From contig OZ251222.1 in NCBI GenBank assembly GCA_965240325.2, forward strand, positions 3,472,001-3,536,000: a DNA stretch of 64,000 nucleotides. The letters are read 5' to 3'. The notes beneath the pieces were generated by a model, which searched no databases, was not told the origin of the DNA, and saw only the letters and a list, made by a program, of their open reading frames with translations. This document shows, one piece after another, positions 33,598 through 45,600 of the stretch (positions are counted from its first letter, which is position 1; every line of letters begins with the position of its first letter). This DNA is from Rebecca billardiae RCC1528 (taxonomy: Eukaryota > Protista > Haptophyta). The translations under genes were made by a program, and so were the position numbers.

Positions 33598-34659
33598 TCA
33601 TCCCGGAGATGCGCGCCGTCGCAGCTCAAAGACGTGCACCAGCCTCGCCGGGCTGCCGGCCGGCACGCCTGCGCGGAACATGGGCGGTGCGCGCACGCAC
33701 AGCAGCCGGCGGCTCTCGAGCCCGAGCTCGGCGGCGGCGGTGAAGAAGCCGAGCTGACGCTGCAGCTGGATGGGGTCGTGCGGCTGGAACGCGGCCACCA
33801 CGCGCGCGTGCGGCCGCGACGCGAGGCACGCCACGCACGAGCGCAGCAGCGCCTCGTGCTCGAGCTCATACAGCAAGTCTGAGAGCAGGATCAGCTCAAA
33901 CCCAGAGGCCGCGCCGGAGCTGCCGGCATGTGGGGATGGCTCGAGCAAGTCTGCCAGCGCGCCGAGCAGCGGCGAAGCGTCTGCGCCCCACGCGTGCCCG
34001 ACCACGCGTGTGCGTCGCAGCGCAGCCTCGGGCAGACTCCCCTCGAGGTTCGCGCGCGTGTTGCGCAGCATCTCCGGCTGAGGGAAGTCGGACGCGACGA
34101 CGGCAGCAGCGTTGTGCAGCGCAGCGAGGATGCACGGGAGGGCTGCGCCCGCTCCGAGCTCGAGCACGGTGCGCCCGTCGGCCACGAGGAGGCCCGAGTC
34201 GAGCATGCGCGCCAACACAACGGCCGCGGGGTAGAGCTGATGCGCGAAGAGCCGCTGCTCGCTCAGCAGCTCGAGCTGGATTGCATCGGGCACTGCTTCG
34301 TCGGCGCCGCCGGGCGCGGGAGGGCCAGCTGGCAGGCCACTCACCTCAACGACCGTGGCGAGGATGCCGCCTGCGAACGGGTGCACGAGAAGCTGCAGAT
34401 CGACGCCTGCCCCCACGCCTGGCAGAGCTGCGCACGAGCCGGGCGCGCCATCGCCTCCATCATCCTCCACTTCTGTCGCCACGGCGCGATGCACGCCCGC
34501 CTCCGCCCAGGTCTGGCCGCGCCGGCTGTAGGTCGCGCGCGCGCGCCAGAGCGGACGCGGCGCGGGCTCGGTGGGCTGCTCCGGCGGGAGTGCGGCACGT
34601 TGCTCCGCGCGGAGTCGTAGGCGACGCCCCCACGCCAGGAGCTCGTCAGCGGTGGACAT
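33598..34659 (-). CDS. SAM-dependent protein methyltransferase, Methyltransf_16 family (EFM7/NNT1-like), 353 aa
   Basis: Motifs LFAHQLYPAAVVLA, VLELGAGAALP, SDFP, HAWG and ILLSDLLY. Confidence 0.88.
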   Translation of the reverse strand: MSTADELLAWGRRLRLRAEQRAALPPEQPTEPAPRPLWRARATYSRRGQTWAEAGVHRAVATEVEDDGGDGAPGSCAALPGVGAGVDLQLLVHPFAGGILATVVEVSGLPAGPPAPGGADEAVPDAIQLELLSEQRLFAHQLYPAAVVLARMLDSGLLVADGRTVLELGAGAALPCILAALHNAAAVVASDFPQPEMLRNTRANLEGSLPEAALRRTRVVGHAWGADASPLLGALADLLEPSPHAGSSGAASGFELILLSDLLYELEHEALLRSCVACLASRPHARVVAAFQPHDPIQLQRQLGFFTAAAELGLESRRLLCVRAPPMFRAGVPAGSPARLVHVFELRRRASPG

Positions 34660-34800
34660 GTGCCAACGGTCCGAATGCCGCCATGGAATCGTGAGAACAG
34701 ACGAATCCGGAATTGCATCACAGAGGCTGCAGCCTCGTGCGTCGCAAACGGCCGGACAAAATAATTCTCACGTACCTTCGACGTTCTGGTTCTTGCAACG

Positions 34801-35244
34801 ATGCCGCTGTTGGATCGAGTCGTGCAGGGCGCTGGAGCGATGACCACGGCGTACTGCGGCTACCGCTTGTTCGAGCTGTATTACGACTTTCCCGAGCCAT
34901 GTCGCCTTATGCTTGCAGAGGCAAGGGCACACGAGAAAGTGCGCGAGCACGTTGGGGAGTCGATCACGCGATCGATGTTCTGGTCGGGCACCGTGACGGA
35001 CAGACGCGCATCCGTGCAGATCCCCGTGACAGGCGAGCACGGGAGCGGTGTCATCGTCGGGAAAGCGCTGCGCACAAACACCCCCGATAATGCTCAAGAT
35101 TTGTGGCGCGTGCTCATGCTCGAGCTGGACGGCGTGCCTGGGCAGCCTAGTGCGGATCTCCTGCCACCACCTGTCATCACGGCATCACCTGAAGCACTTG
35201 CAGCAGCAGCAGCAGCGCACGGCAGTCTTGGGAGGAGGACGTAA
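34801..35244 (+). CDS. Coa1/Tim21-like mitochondrial inner-membrane protein (147 aa)
   Basis: N-terminal TM, then VREHVGESI...GTV...ASVQIPVTGEHGSGVI. Confidence 0.65.
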   Translation: MPLLDRVVQGAGAMTTAYCGYRLFELYYDFPEPCRLMLAEARAHEKVREHVGESITRSMFWSGTVTDRRASVQIPVTGEHGSGVIVGKALRTNTPDNAQDLWRVLMLELDGVPGQPSADLLPPPVITASPEALAAAAAAHGSLGRRT

Positions 35245-36683
35245 GAGGGGCACCTCGGTTGCAATGGCCACCGGCATGCACCGTCATGGTCTATCGACAT
35301 CGCTCGTGCCGGCAACATCATCTGCATCACCATGCCTGAGCATTGTCATTGTGACGCAGTCAATGAGTCAAACCATTGATGACTAGTGACTGCCCGGTAA
35401 CGAGTGACCCGCAAAGTGGACTGATGACGAGTGATGGAGCCGTAGCTACAAGTACACTGGGCAACATATAATGTGTTCCATCACCAGGGCACCACCTCCG
35501 ATCATGTCACTGTGAGTGCGTAGTGTTAGACCGTCAGGATGAGGATTGGCCGTGTGGCTTGCCTCTTCAATCGGGCGGTCTTCCGACTTCCTCTTCGACT
35601 TCGGGGCTCTTGGCGACATCATCATGCAGCAGTATAGTGATGCATTATAAGTATAATTATATGCAGTAAATAACTGCTATGCTGAATGATGATATGTGAT
35701 AACTGTCACTGATATCATGTATATATATCGTCAATATAATATATATTGACATAGGTATATATATATATATATATATATATATTGATGACGCTCACGCTGC
35801 TGCCATTTGTCGCTGTGCAGTGTGCATCATAATCATAATTGATTCGTAATTCGACGAGTCTCTAGAGCTAAGTCTTATAATCGCGTAGACCTTAGTTAGC
35901 TTAACTAGTACCGTAGGTATTCGTCGTTACTGACGTTAGTCGTCGTACGCCATCATATTTTATTTCATACTACATTATGTGAATAATAAATCTGCTGCAT
36001 GCGATGAACTGTGCGTGGCCGTGAAGTAATGCATTCTTCGTAACTGCTGGCTCAGCATCAGTCACACTCACAGCCTGGCGTCGGCGAACAGATCGTCATG
36101 ACTCAACATCAATCGGTGCGCTCATCGCGGCATGGCAGCGCAACTTGATGGAGTCGACGCTGCTAACGCTTCGCGAATTACTACATCAATTGTTGATATC
36201 ATGCGTGTCAGTGCTGATGCCAACACACGACGGTGGATGAGGCGTCTACTCAGATTCCTGGCGAGGCCGGGGGGCGCGCGGCGCACAGCGCAGGCCGCAG
36301 TCGCAGGGTGAGAGAGGCCAGAGGGCGCAAATGAATCATCGATTCAACAACCGCGCCGCCACGTGCGCCGCCCTTCCGGGCATCTCAATTCTCAGCGGGC
36401 GCGGAGCCTCGCGCCGTGCGCGCCCCAGCCGCGCCCCCCGGGGCCGGGCCCGTCCGTGGCAGCTGACAAGACACAAGAGTGACAAGTGACAGCGGACAGA
36501 CCACCTTGGTGGTTGCCCTACCCGTCCTGCGGCTGCAGCTCGGAGGGCGCCGTGACCCGCCGTTAAAAACGCATGGCATGCTGAGAATAGTAGTAGTAAG
36601 TAAGTAGTAATACAGTATGATTAACTAGGTAGTAACATTACGATAGCAGGCGTGCATCAAGGTGGCGAACACACTCTGAGGCC

Positions 36684-39600
36684 ATGGCTCCGCCGCGAGG
36701 CAACGGCGCGGTGGGCCCTCGACCCGGTGCTGCCGACGAGGGCCTCGAGCTGAACCGCCGTGAACCAAAAGTCCACGGTAGACTGGTGCATCGGCTGCCG
36801 TCCAGCCGTGGCCGTCGGGCGCTCGCAGCGCTCACGGTCCTCGCCGCCATTGTCATCGGGGCGCAGGGCCAATTGCCGCCGGCCGCGGGGCCGCTCCCGC
36901 CGCCGAGCCCGCCGCCGAGCCCACCGCCGAGCACGCCACCGAGCCTGCCGCCGTCCCCGCCCGAGACAGTGGCGTCGCTCACGCGCATCTCGCCCACCGA
37001 AGGCGGCTTTGTCGGCCCTGCCGCTCTTTCTGGGCAGTTCTTCGGGCACACGCTCGCGCCGCTGGGCGACTTTGATGGCGACGGTGTGCCCGACGTGCTC
37101 GTGGGCAGCAGCAGCGGGTTTGGCGAGGTATTCGTGCTGCTGCTCAACGCCAGCGGCACCGTAAAGGCAGACACGAAAGTGGTCGTCGACGGCAGCATTT
37201 GGCTGGGCATTGGTCTGGATGCGCTCGGCGATGTGGACGGTGACGGCGTGACCGACATCATGGCCGGCGATTTTGTGGACGCTGGTGCCGGTCGCGGCGC
37301 GGCGTATGTGCTCTTCATGCACGGCAACGCCACCCTCAAGGCATCGAGCAAGATCTCGAACACAGAGGGCGGGCTGAGCTATGCCCTGCAGGATTTGTAC
37401 AGGTTCGGCTCGTGCGTCGCAGGCCTCGGAGACCTTGACGGCGACGGCGTGCCCGATGCGCTGGTGGGTATGGGGGGTGCGAGTAGCGTGGCCGTGCTCT
37501 TCCTCGACAGAGACGGCACCGTCAAGTCGGAGGTCGTGCACAACATCACGTCGATTGACGCGGCTGGCACGCAGTCCGCTTTGCTCGGCGAAGGCTGCGC
37601 CTCGCACGGCGATCTCGACGGCGACGGCGTGACCGACGTGATGGTCGGCGCGAGCGGCGACACCGACGGTGGAGCCGAGCGCGGCGCCGTGTACACGCTC
37701 TTCCTCCGCACCGACGGCACGCTCAAGCGTGTGCAGAAGGTGTCGGCGACTGCCGGAGGCGGCGTGACAGGGCTCGACCGGGTAAGTGGCTTTGGGTTCT
37801 CCGTCTCTGCCGGGCAGGACGTTGACGGCGACGGCATCACCGATGCGCTCGTCGGGGCTCCGAACTACGACGGGAACACGGGCGCGGCGTTCGTGCTCTA
37901 CCTCCGCAGGGACGGCACGGTGCGCCAATCTGAGCTGATCACCAACGGGACGCAGGGCTTCGGCTCGCCGCTCTCGGCGGACGACTTCTTCGGCTCCGGC
38001 GCGGCGCTGCTCGGCGACCTCGACGGCGACGGGCTGGCGGATGGCGCGGTGAGCGCGCAGAAACTTCAGACGGTGTTCATGCTCGAGCTTGGTGCACGCG
38101 TCCCGCCCGCGAGCCCACCGCCACCGAGAGCGCCGCCAAGCTCGCCGCCGCCGAGCCCGCCGCCGAGCCCGCCGCCGAGCCCGCCGAGCCCGCCCCCCTC
38201 GCCGCCCGAGATGGTGGCGTCGCTCGCGCGCATCTCGCCCACCGAAGGCGGCTACGTCGGCCCTGCCTCGGCGGGCACGTTTGGGTACACGCTCGCGCCG
38301 CTGGGCGACTTTGACGCCGACGGGGTGCCCGACCTGCTCGTCGGCACAAATAACCCCCGCGGCGAGCTGTATGCGCTGCTGCTCAACGCCAACGGCACCG
38401 TCAAGCGGGACACGAAGCTCGCCATCGCCGGCAGTTTCTGGCTGGGCATCGGCATGGATGTGCTCGGCGACGTTGACGGCGACGGCGTGGACGACATCAT
38501 GGCCGGCGACATACTGGACTTCGGTGGCGGCGGCAGCGCTCGCGGTGCAGCGTACGTGCTCTTCCTCCACGCCAACGCCACGCTCAAGGCGTCGAGCAAG
38601 ATCTCGGAGACAGGGGGCGGGTTGAGCCACGCCCTCCAAGACTCGGGACTTTTCGGCTCGTGCGTCGCAGGCCTCGGCGACCTTGACGGCGACGGCGTGC
38701 CCGATGCGCTGGTGGGCGAGTGGGGGACCGAGAGCGTCCTTGTGCTCTTCCTGAACAGCGACGGCACCGTCAAGTCGGAGGTGGTGCACAACGTGACGTC
38801 GATTGACCCGTCTGCGCTTTCATCGTCCTGGTTCGGCAGGTCGTGCGCCTCGCACGGCGATCTCGACGGGGACGGCGTGACTGACGTGATGGTCGGAGCG
38901 AACGGCGACAACGTCGGAAACCTCGGCGCCGGCGCCGTGTACACGCTCTTTCTGCGCATCGACGGCTCAATCAAACGCGTGCAGAAGGTGTCGTCGAACG
39001 CGACGGTGGGGGGCGCGGTGGAAGGGCTCGACCAGGTGAACATGCTCTTCGGGACCTCCGTCTCTGCCGGGCAGGACGTTGACGGCGACGGCATCACCGA
39101 TGCGCTCGTCGGGGCTCCAAACTACGGCGGGAAGACGGGCGCGGCGATGGTGCTCTACCTCCGCAGGGACGGCACGGTGCGCCAATCTGAGCTGATCACC
39201 AACGGGACGCAGGGCTTCGGCTCGCCGCTCTCGGCGGACGACGCCTTCGGCACCGGCGCGGCGCTGCTCGGCGACCTCGACGGCGACGGGCTGGCGGATG
39301 GCGCGGTGAGCGCACCGGGCGATACGACTGTGTACATGCTTGAGCTTGGTGCACGCGTCCCGCCCGCGAGCCCACCGCCACCGAGGGCGCCGCCGAGCCC
39401 GCCGCCGCCGAGGGCGCCGCCGAGCCCGCCGCCGAGCCCGCCGCCAAGCCCGCCGCCGAGCCCACCGCAGAGCCCGCCACCATTGCCGCCACCGTCGCCC
39501 CCGCCTGTCCCACCGCCACTGCCACCGCCCTCGCCACCACCGCGCCCGCCGCCGAGCCCGCCGCCGAGCCCGCCGCTAAGCCCACCACCATCACCTCCTC

Positions 39601-42600
39601 CAGACCCACCGCCGGTTCCGCCGCCGAGCCCGCCGCCAGGCCCGCCACCACCACCGCCTCCGTCGCCCCCGCCGTCGCCCCCGCCATCGCCGCCGCCATC
39701 GCCGCCGCCATCGCCGCTGCCATCGCCGCCGCCCAGCCCACCACCGAGCCCGCCTCCGTCGCCACCGCCGTCGCCGCCACCGGCGGCCTCGCCACTGCCG
39801 CCGCCGTCCCCGCCCCCTCGGCCGCCGCCGAGCCCGCCGCCATCACCACCGCCCTCGCCTCCTCCGAGTCCACCGCCACCAGGCGCACCGCCCTCACCGC
39901 CACCAAGCCCTCCGCCCAGCCCGCCGCCCTCGCCACCGCCGGCACCGCCGCCGCCACCGAGGGCGCTGCCCTTCCCACCGCCGAGCCCACCTGCGCCGCC
40001 GCCCAGCCCTCCGCCCAGCCCGGCTCCGTCGCCACCGCCGTCGCCGCCGCCGGCGGCCTCGCCGCTGCCCCCGCCGTCCCCGTCTCCGCGGCCGCCGCCG
40101 AGCCCGCCGCCGTACACACCGCCATCGCCGCCGCCATCGCCACCGCCGTCGCCACCACCGGCGGCCTCGCCACTGCTGCCGCCGTCCCCGCCCCCTCGGC
40201 CGCCGCCGAGCCCGCCGCCATCCCCACCGCCCTCGTCGCCGCCCTCGCCGCCGCCCTCGCCGCCGCCCTCGCCGCCGCCCAGCCCACCACCGAGCCCGCC
40301 TCCGTCGCCACCGCCGTCACCACCACCGGCGGCCTCGCCACTGCCACCGCCATCACCGCCGCCTTCGCCGCCGCCGAGCGCGCCACCGTCACCGCCGCCC
40401 TCGCCTCCACCGAGTCCACCGCCACCAGGCCCACCGCCCTCGCCGCCACCCAGCCCTCCGCCCAGCCCGCCGCCCTCGCCACCGCCGGCACCGCCGCCGC
40501 CACCGAGGGTGCAGCCCTTCCCACCGCCGAGCCCACCCGCGCCGCCGCCCAGCCCTCCGCCGAGCCAGCCGCCTCTGCCGCCGCCGAGCCCGCCGCCTGC
40601 GTCGCCACCGCGTCCGCCGCCCTCGCCGCCACCAAGCCCACCACCGCCGCAGTTGCCGCCGACACCACCGCCAACCCCACCGCCGAGCCCTCCGCCCATC
40701 GCGCCGCCCAGCCCCCCGCCGACTCCGCCGCCGAGCGCGAATGGGTCGTCGCCGCCGCCGCCGCCGCGGCCGCCGCCGCCGCCGCCAGCCGCGCCGCCTC
40801 GGCCTCCGCCGAGCCCGCCGCCGGCCCCGCCGCCACCCTCAGCGCCCCCGAGCTCGCCGCCTGCGCCGCCTCCGCCCGCGCCTCCGCCGAGCCCACCGCC
40901 GAGCAGGCCGCCGCCGCCGCCGCGCACAGAGCCCTTCCTGCCGCCGCGGCCGGCGCCGCCGCCCCCGCCGCCTGGAGCCAAGACGTTCGTCGCCCTCACG
41001 ATCGCGGGCAGCGTGGAGGACATGCAGGAGGATTCGCGCGAGGCCGTGCTGGGCGGCCTGTCGCGGCTGACGGGCGTGCCTCGGCCGAGCTGGCGCATCG
41101 AGGCGGTGAGCTCTGCGTCGGTCGAGGTGGTAGCGAGCGCGCTGCAGGCCGAGGACGGCGCGGCGCAGGTGGACGTGGTGGGGGCGCTGGCGAACGCGAC
41201 GCTGGAGGAGCTGAGCGCCGAGCTCGGCGTCGAGGTCACAGCCGCCCCGACAGAGCGCTTCGCCGGCTGCACCGACGCCGACGCGACCAACTTCGACTCG
41301 AGCGCGACGTTCGACCCCGAGCCTTCGGGGTGCGTCTACTTGCTTCCGCCGCCGCCGAGCGCGCCGCCGTCGCCGCCGCCGTCGCCGCCGCCGTTGCCGC
41401 CGCCGCCGGCGTCGCCGCCGCTCAGCCCGCCGCCGCCCGCGCGCGTCAACACGACGGTGTACCGTGTCGAGCTGCCGCTTGCGTCGCGCATCGTCGTCGG
41501 CGTGGGCGAGGAGCTCCGCTTCGAGGGGCACGGCGTCGCTGACGGTGACCGCGCGCGCTGGGTGCGCGCGGGGGCGACGGCGTGCGCCGGCGAGTCATCC
41601 GCGGGCTACGGAGGCACGCGGGTGCTGACCGACGGCGGGCGCGCGAGCTTCACGCCGACGCTCGCCGGCGCGGGCCTGCAACTGTGCTACGCGCACACGG
41701 GCACGTCGAGCGTGGAGCCGTTCGTGCTCTACCCCGCGATCACGCTCGACGCCATCGCCGTGCGCACGCCCGTGTCCGCGCTCGGCGTCGTCGGCACGCG
41801 CAAGACGGTTTGGTTTGGCGGCGTCGGGCTGCGCGAGGGCGACCGCGCGCACTGGGCGCCTCGCAACGGCACGGCCGTCGACTGCGAGCGCGAGGCGCCG
41901 CGCGCGGGCCTTGGTGGCGAGCAGGCGCTCGACGCGAACCTCTCGGCGACGTTCGCGCTCGCCGAGGCGCACGCCGCCACACACCTGTGCTACACGCACG
42001 CCGGCAAGCCGCGCGTCGCGTACGCGGGCGTCTCGCTCGCGTCGGCGCAGCTACGCGCGCCGACGTCCGCGCTCGCGGTCGCGGGCGCGGTGGAGACGCT
42101 CGCGCTGGAGGGCGTGGGCGTCGGCGCGGGCGACACGGGCTTCTGGGTCGTCGCCGCCGAGGCGTGCACGCCGGGCACGCGCGCGGGCGAGGGCGCCTCC
42201 GCCGAGTACGGCGGACTCTGGACGGTGGGTGCGGACGGGACCGGCTCGTTTGTCGTCTCGGCCGCGGCGTGCTCGAGCGCGGGCGCGTCGTGCCCCGCCT
42301 TGTCGCTGTGCTACCGATTCGGCGCCGAGCCGTTCGTGCACTACCCCGACGTCACGCTCGAGACGTTCGCGCTCTTCGGGATCCGCAGCGAGCCGCGCAC
42401 GCTCGCCGGCTCGGCGCTCCGGGTTGGCTTCGACGGCTTCGGCGTGAGCAGCGCGGACGCGGCCTTCTGGGTGGCCGCGGGCTCGGGCGGGTGCGACGGC
42501 GGCGCGCGGCGCGCGCTGGGCGGCGCGCAGCCCGTCTCGAGCGGCGCGCTCGAAGCGAGCTTCACCTTCTCGCGCGGGCAGGGCGGGCTCGCGCTCGAGC

Positions 42601-45600
42601 TCTGCTACCGCTTCACACCCGCCAAGCCGTACACGCACTACGCCCACCTCACGCTCGACGTGGTGGAGGTGACGGGGCCACTCGCCACCGTCGCCGTCGA
42701 GCTGCAGCCAGAGACGGTCGTCTTCGAGGGCCCCGGCGTGGGCGCGGGCGACCGCGCGTACTGGGTGCCCGCGAGCGCGGCGGAGTGCGACGAGGGGCGC
42801 TCGGTGAGCGGCCCGCCGACCAACGTGAGCCTGGGCGCACGCGCCACCTTCACCCTCGGCGCCGTCGGCAGCGGGCTCAAGTTGTGCTACCGGTTTGCGC
42901 GCGCGGCCGGAGGCGCCGAGCTGCCGTGGGCGATGTGGCCGAGCGCCAGCCTCTCCGTCACCTACCCGGAGGACCCGTTCGCCAACGCGCGGGTGGAGCG
43001 CGTCACGCCCACCGGCGCGGCGGTCGGCGAGCCGACGCAGCTCACCGTCCACGGCTCCGGCTTCGGCGCCGCCGCCGCCAACCGCGACCGCATCAAGTGC
43101 GTGTTCGGCGGCGAGACCGTCGTCGGCGTGCGCGCGATCACGCACACGCGCATCGAGTGCCCCGTGCCCATTGGCGCCGAGGCCGGCACGACGAGCCTCG
43201 AGCTGCTGGCGAACGAGAGCGTGCCGGCGGCGGACGGCACGCCGCGCGCGCGCGAGACGATAGGGGTGCTCGGCGCCTTCTCGTACTTTGATCTGTCCGC
43301 GGTGCGGCTCACGCAGCTCCGGCCGCCGGGCGGGCCCCAGGGCACGGCCTCGCTGGCGCTCACGATCAGCGGCGCCAACTTTGCCGACTACGGCGGGATC
43401 AGGGTGCGCTTCGAGGGGCGAGGCGACGTGGCGGCGACGATGCCCGACGCGGGCGTGGACGCGGTGCGCTGCGTCGCGCCGTACGTCTCGCCCACGCGCG
43501 CGCCCGGCCGCCTCAACGTGTCCATCTCTCTCAACGCCGGCGGCTCGTTCAGCTCGGCCTCGCTGCCCTTCGAGTTGTACACCGCCACCGTCTCGTCGGG
43601 CGTGCCCGCCGGCCTCCCGCGCGGCGCGGCGGGCGCGGGCCTCGCGGCGACGGTGACGCTGCTCGGCACTGGGTTCGTCGACCTCGACGGCGCGGCGCGG
43701 TGCTACTTCTCGCCGCTCGCACCCACCGGGGTGCCCACGGGCGCCGCCGCGCGCGGCTCGAGCGCGCGCGTCGTCTCGCCCACGCGCGCCGAGTGCGACG
43801 CGCCCGCGGGCGCGGCGGCCGGGGCGTACGAGGTGCGCCTGTCGCTCAACGGCATGAGCCGCGTGCCCAACTTCTTTGACGGCGTGCGCCTCACGCTGTA
43901 CGACATGGCGGCCGTGAGCGTGCGCGCGCTCGTGCCGCCCGGCGGGCCCGTGCGCGGCGGCACCGTGCTCACCGTGCTCGGCTCGGGCTTTGCCGAGTAC
44001 GGCGGCGGCGGCGGCGCGGCGCCCTCGCTGCTCTGCTGCTCGTTCGGGCGCAGCGGCGGGTGCGACGCGGCCGCGACGCTCCTCGACTCGACGCGTCTCC
44101 TGTGCACCACGCCCGAGGCGGCGGGCGCGGCGCCGGCCAACACGACCGTCGACGTGACGCTCAACGGCGGCGCGCCAGCCTCGACGACCGACGCGGGCGT
44201 GCGCTTCGTGTTCTACGACGAGCCGCGGCTGGCGCGCGTCGAGCCCGCGCTCGGCGACGCGAGCGGCGGCACGCTGACCACGATCACGGGCGAGGGCTTT
44301 GCGGCGCTCTCGCGCGAGCGCGTCGGGTACGGCGCCGACCCTTCGTCCTTCCTGCGCGTGCGCTTCGGCCCGACCGTCGCCGAGCCGCCGATCTCGTTCA
44401 GCGACCGCGAGATTGTGCAGCCGGCGAGCTACGGCCAGCAGGGCGCGGCGAGCGTGGAGGTGAGCCTCAACGGCCAGCAGTACAGCCCGGTGGCGCTCGC
44501 GTACCGCTTCGTCGGCCTGCACCGCCCCGACGTCGTGTCCGCGCGCTTCAACGACGCCGCGACGACGCTGATCGTGCAGTTCGACGCGCAGCCGACGAAC
44601 CGCGCGGGCATGAGCGGCGTCGCGCCGTGCGCGCGCGTGCTTGACGCGCCGACGGTGGCGCTCATCCGCGGCGACGGCGCCGCCGAGCCGCAGTGCTACT
44701 GGGAGGACGACTCGACGCTCGTCGCTCAGCTGAACTCGCGCACGCGGCTCTCGGCCGGCAGCGCCGTCTCTCTGCGCGACCACGTCATCTGGCCCCTCGG
44801 CTTTGGGCGCACGTGCCCGGGCGAGGCGGAGTGCGGCGTGGGGCTGGGCGCGACGATCGACGTTGACTTCCCGTGCGCCGCGTGCGTGCGGCCAGTCGCT
44901 GCGCTCGTCGCGCCCACTCTGATCTCGAGCTGCCCGGACGCGGTGATACGGCTGGACGCGTCCGCGTCCTCTGGCGGCGGCATCTGGCCGCTGCAGTACA
45001 CGTGGCGCGTCGACCCCGCCCTCTCCGACATCGCCGACGAGCTGAACGCCGCGCTCGCGCTCCTGCCCTCCGATCGCGCCGTGCTCGAGATCCCGACCGA
45101 CCTGCGGCTGGGCGCGCCGCTCGCCCTCGCGGGCGAGGGCTCGCAGTACGTGTTCCTGCTGCGCGTCTCCTCGTTCCTCGGCCTGCGCTCGGAGGTGGTG
45201 CGCTGGGCCGTCACGCGCTCGGGTGGTGCCAGCCCGAGCCTTGTGATCGACGGGCCGTACCGGCTGACCGTGCGGCCCGCCTCGGAGGTGCTGCTCGTCG
45301 GCAGCGCGGAGCTCGCCGCGTGCTGGCCCGCCAATGGCTCGGGCGCGATCGACTTTGCGTGGGCGGCGACCAACGCGAGCGTGAGCGCGACGGGCGCGCT
45401 CGCGCCTCACCTGCCGCTGCCCGCGCTCGCCGAGCCCAACCAGCCGTCGCTGCTGCTCGGCGCGTTCACGCTCGCGCCCCTGCACACGTACGAGCTCGAG
45501 CTGCGCGCGTGGATGCGCGCACACCCGCACGCGCGCGCGAGCGCGAGCGTGCTGCTCGTCGTCGAGGCGCAGCCGCTGCAGGCCGTGCTCGCGGGCGGCG

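Noticed and set aside
35400-36680. AT-rich 1.3-kb interval as foreign DNA or an RNA gene
   Set aside because: No ORF, tRNA or snRNA motif, or terminal repeats seen. It resembles the other low-complexity intergenic islands.
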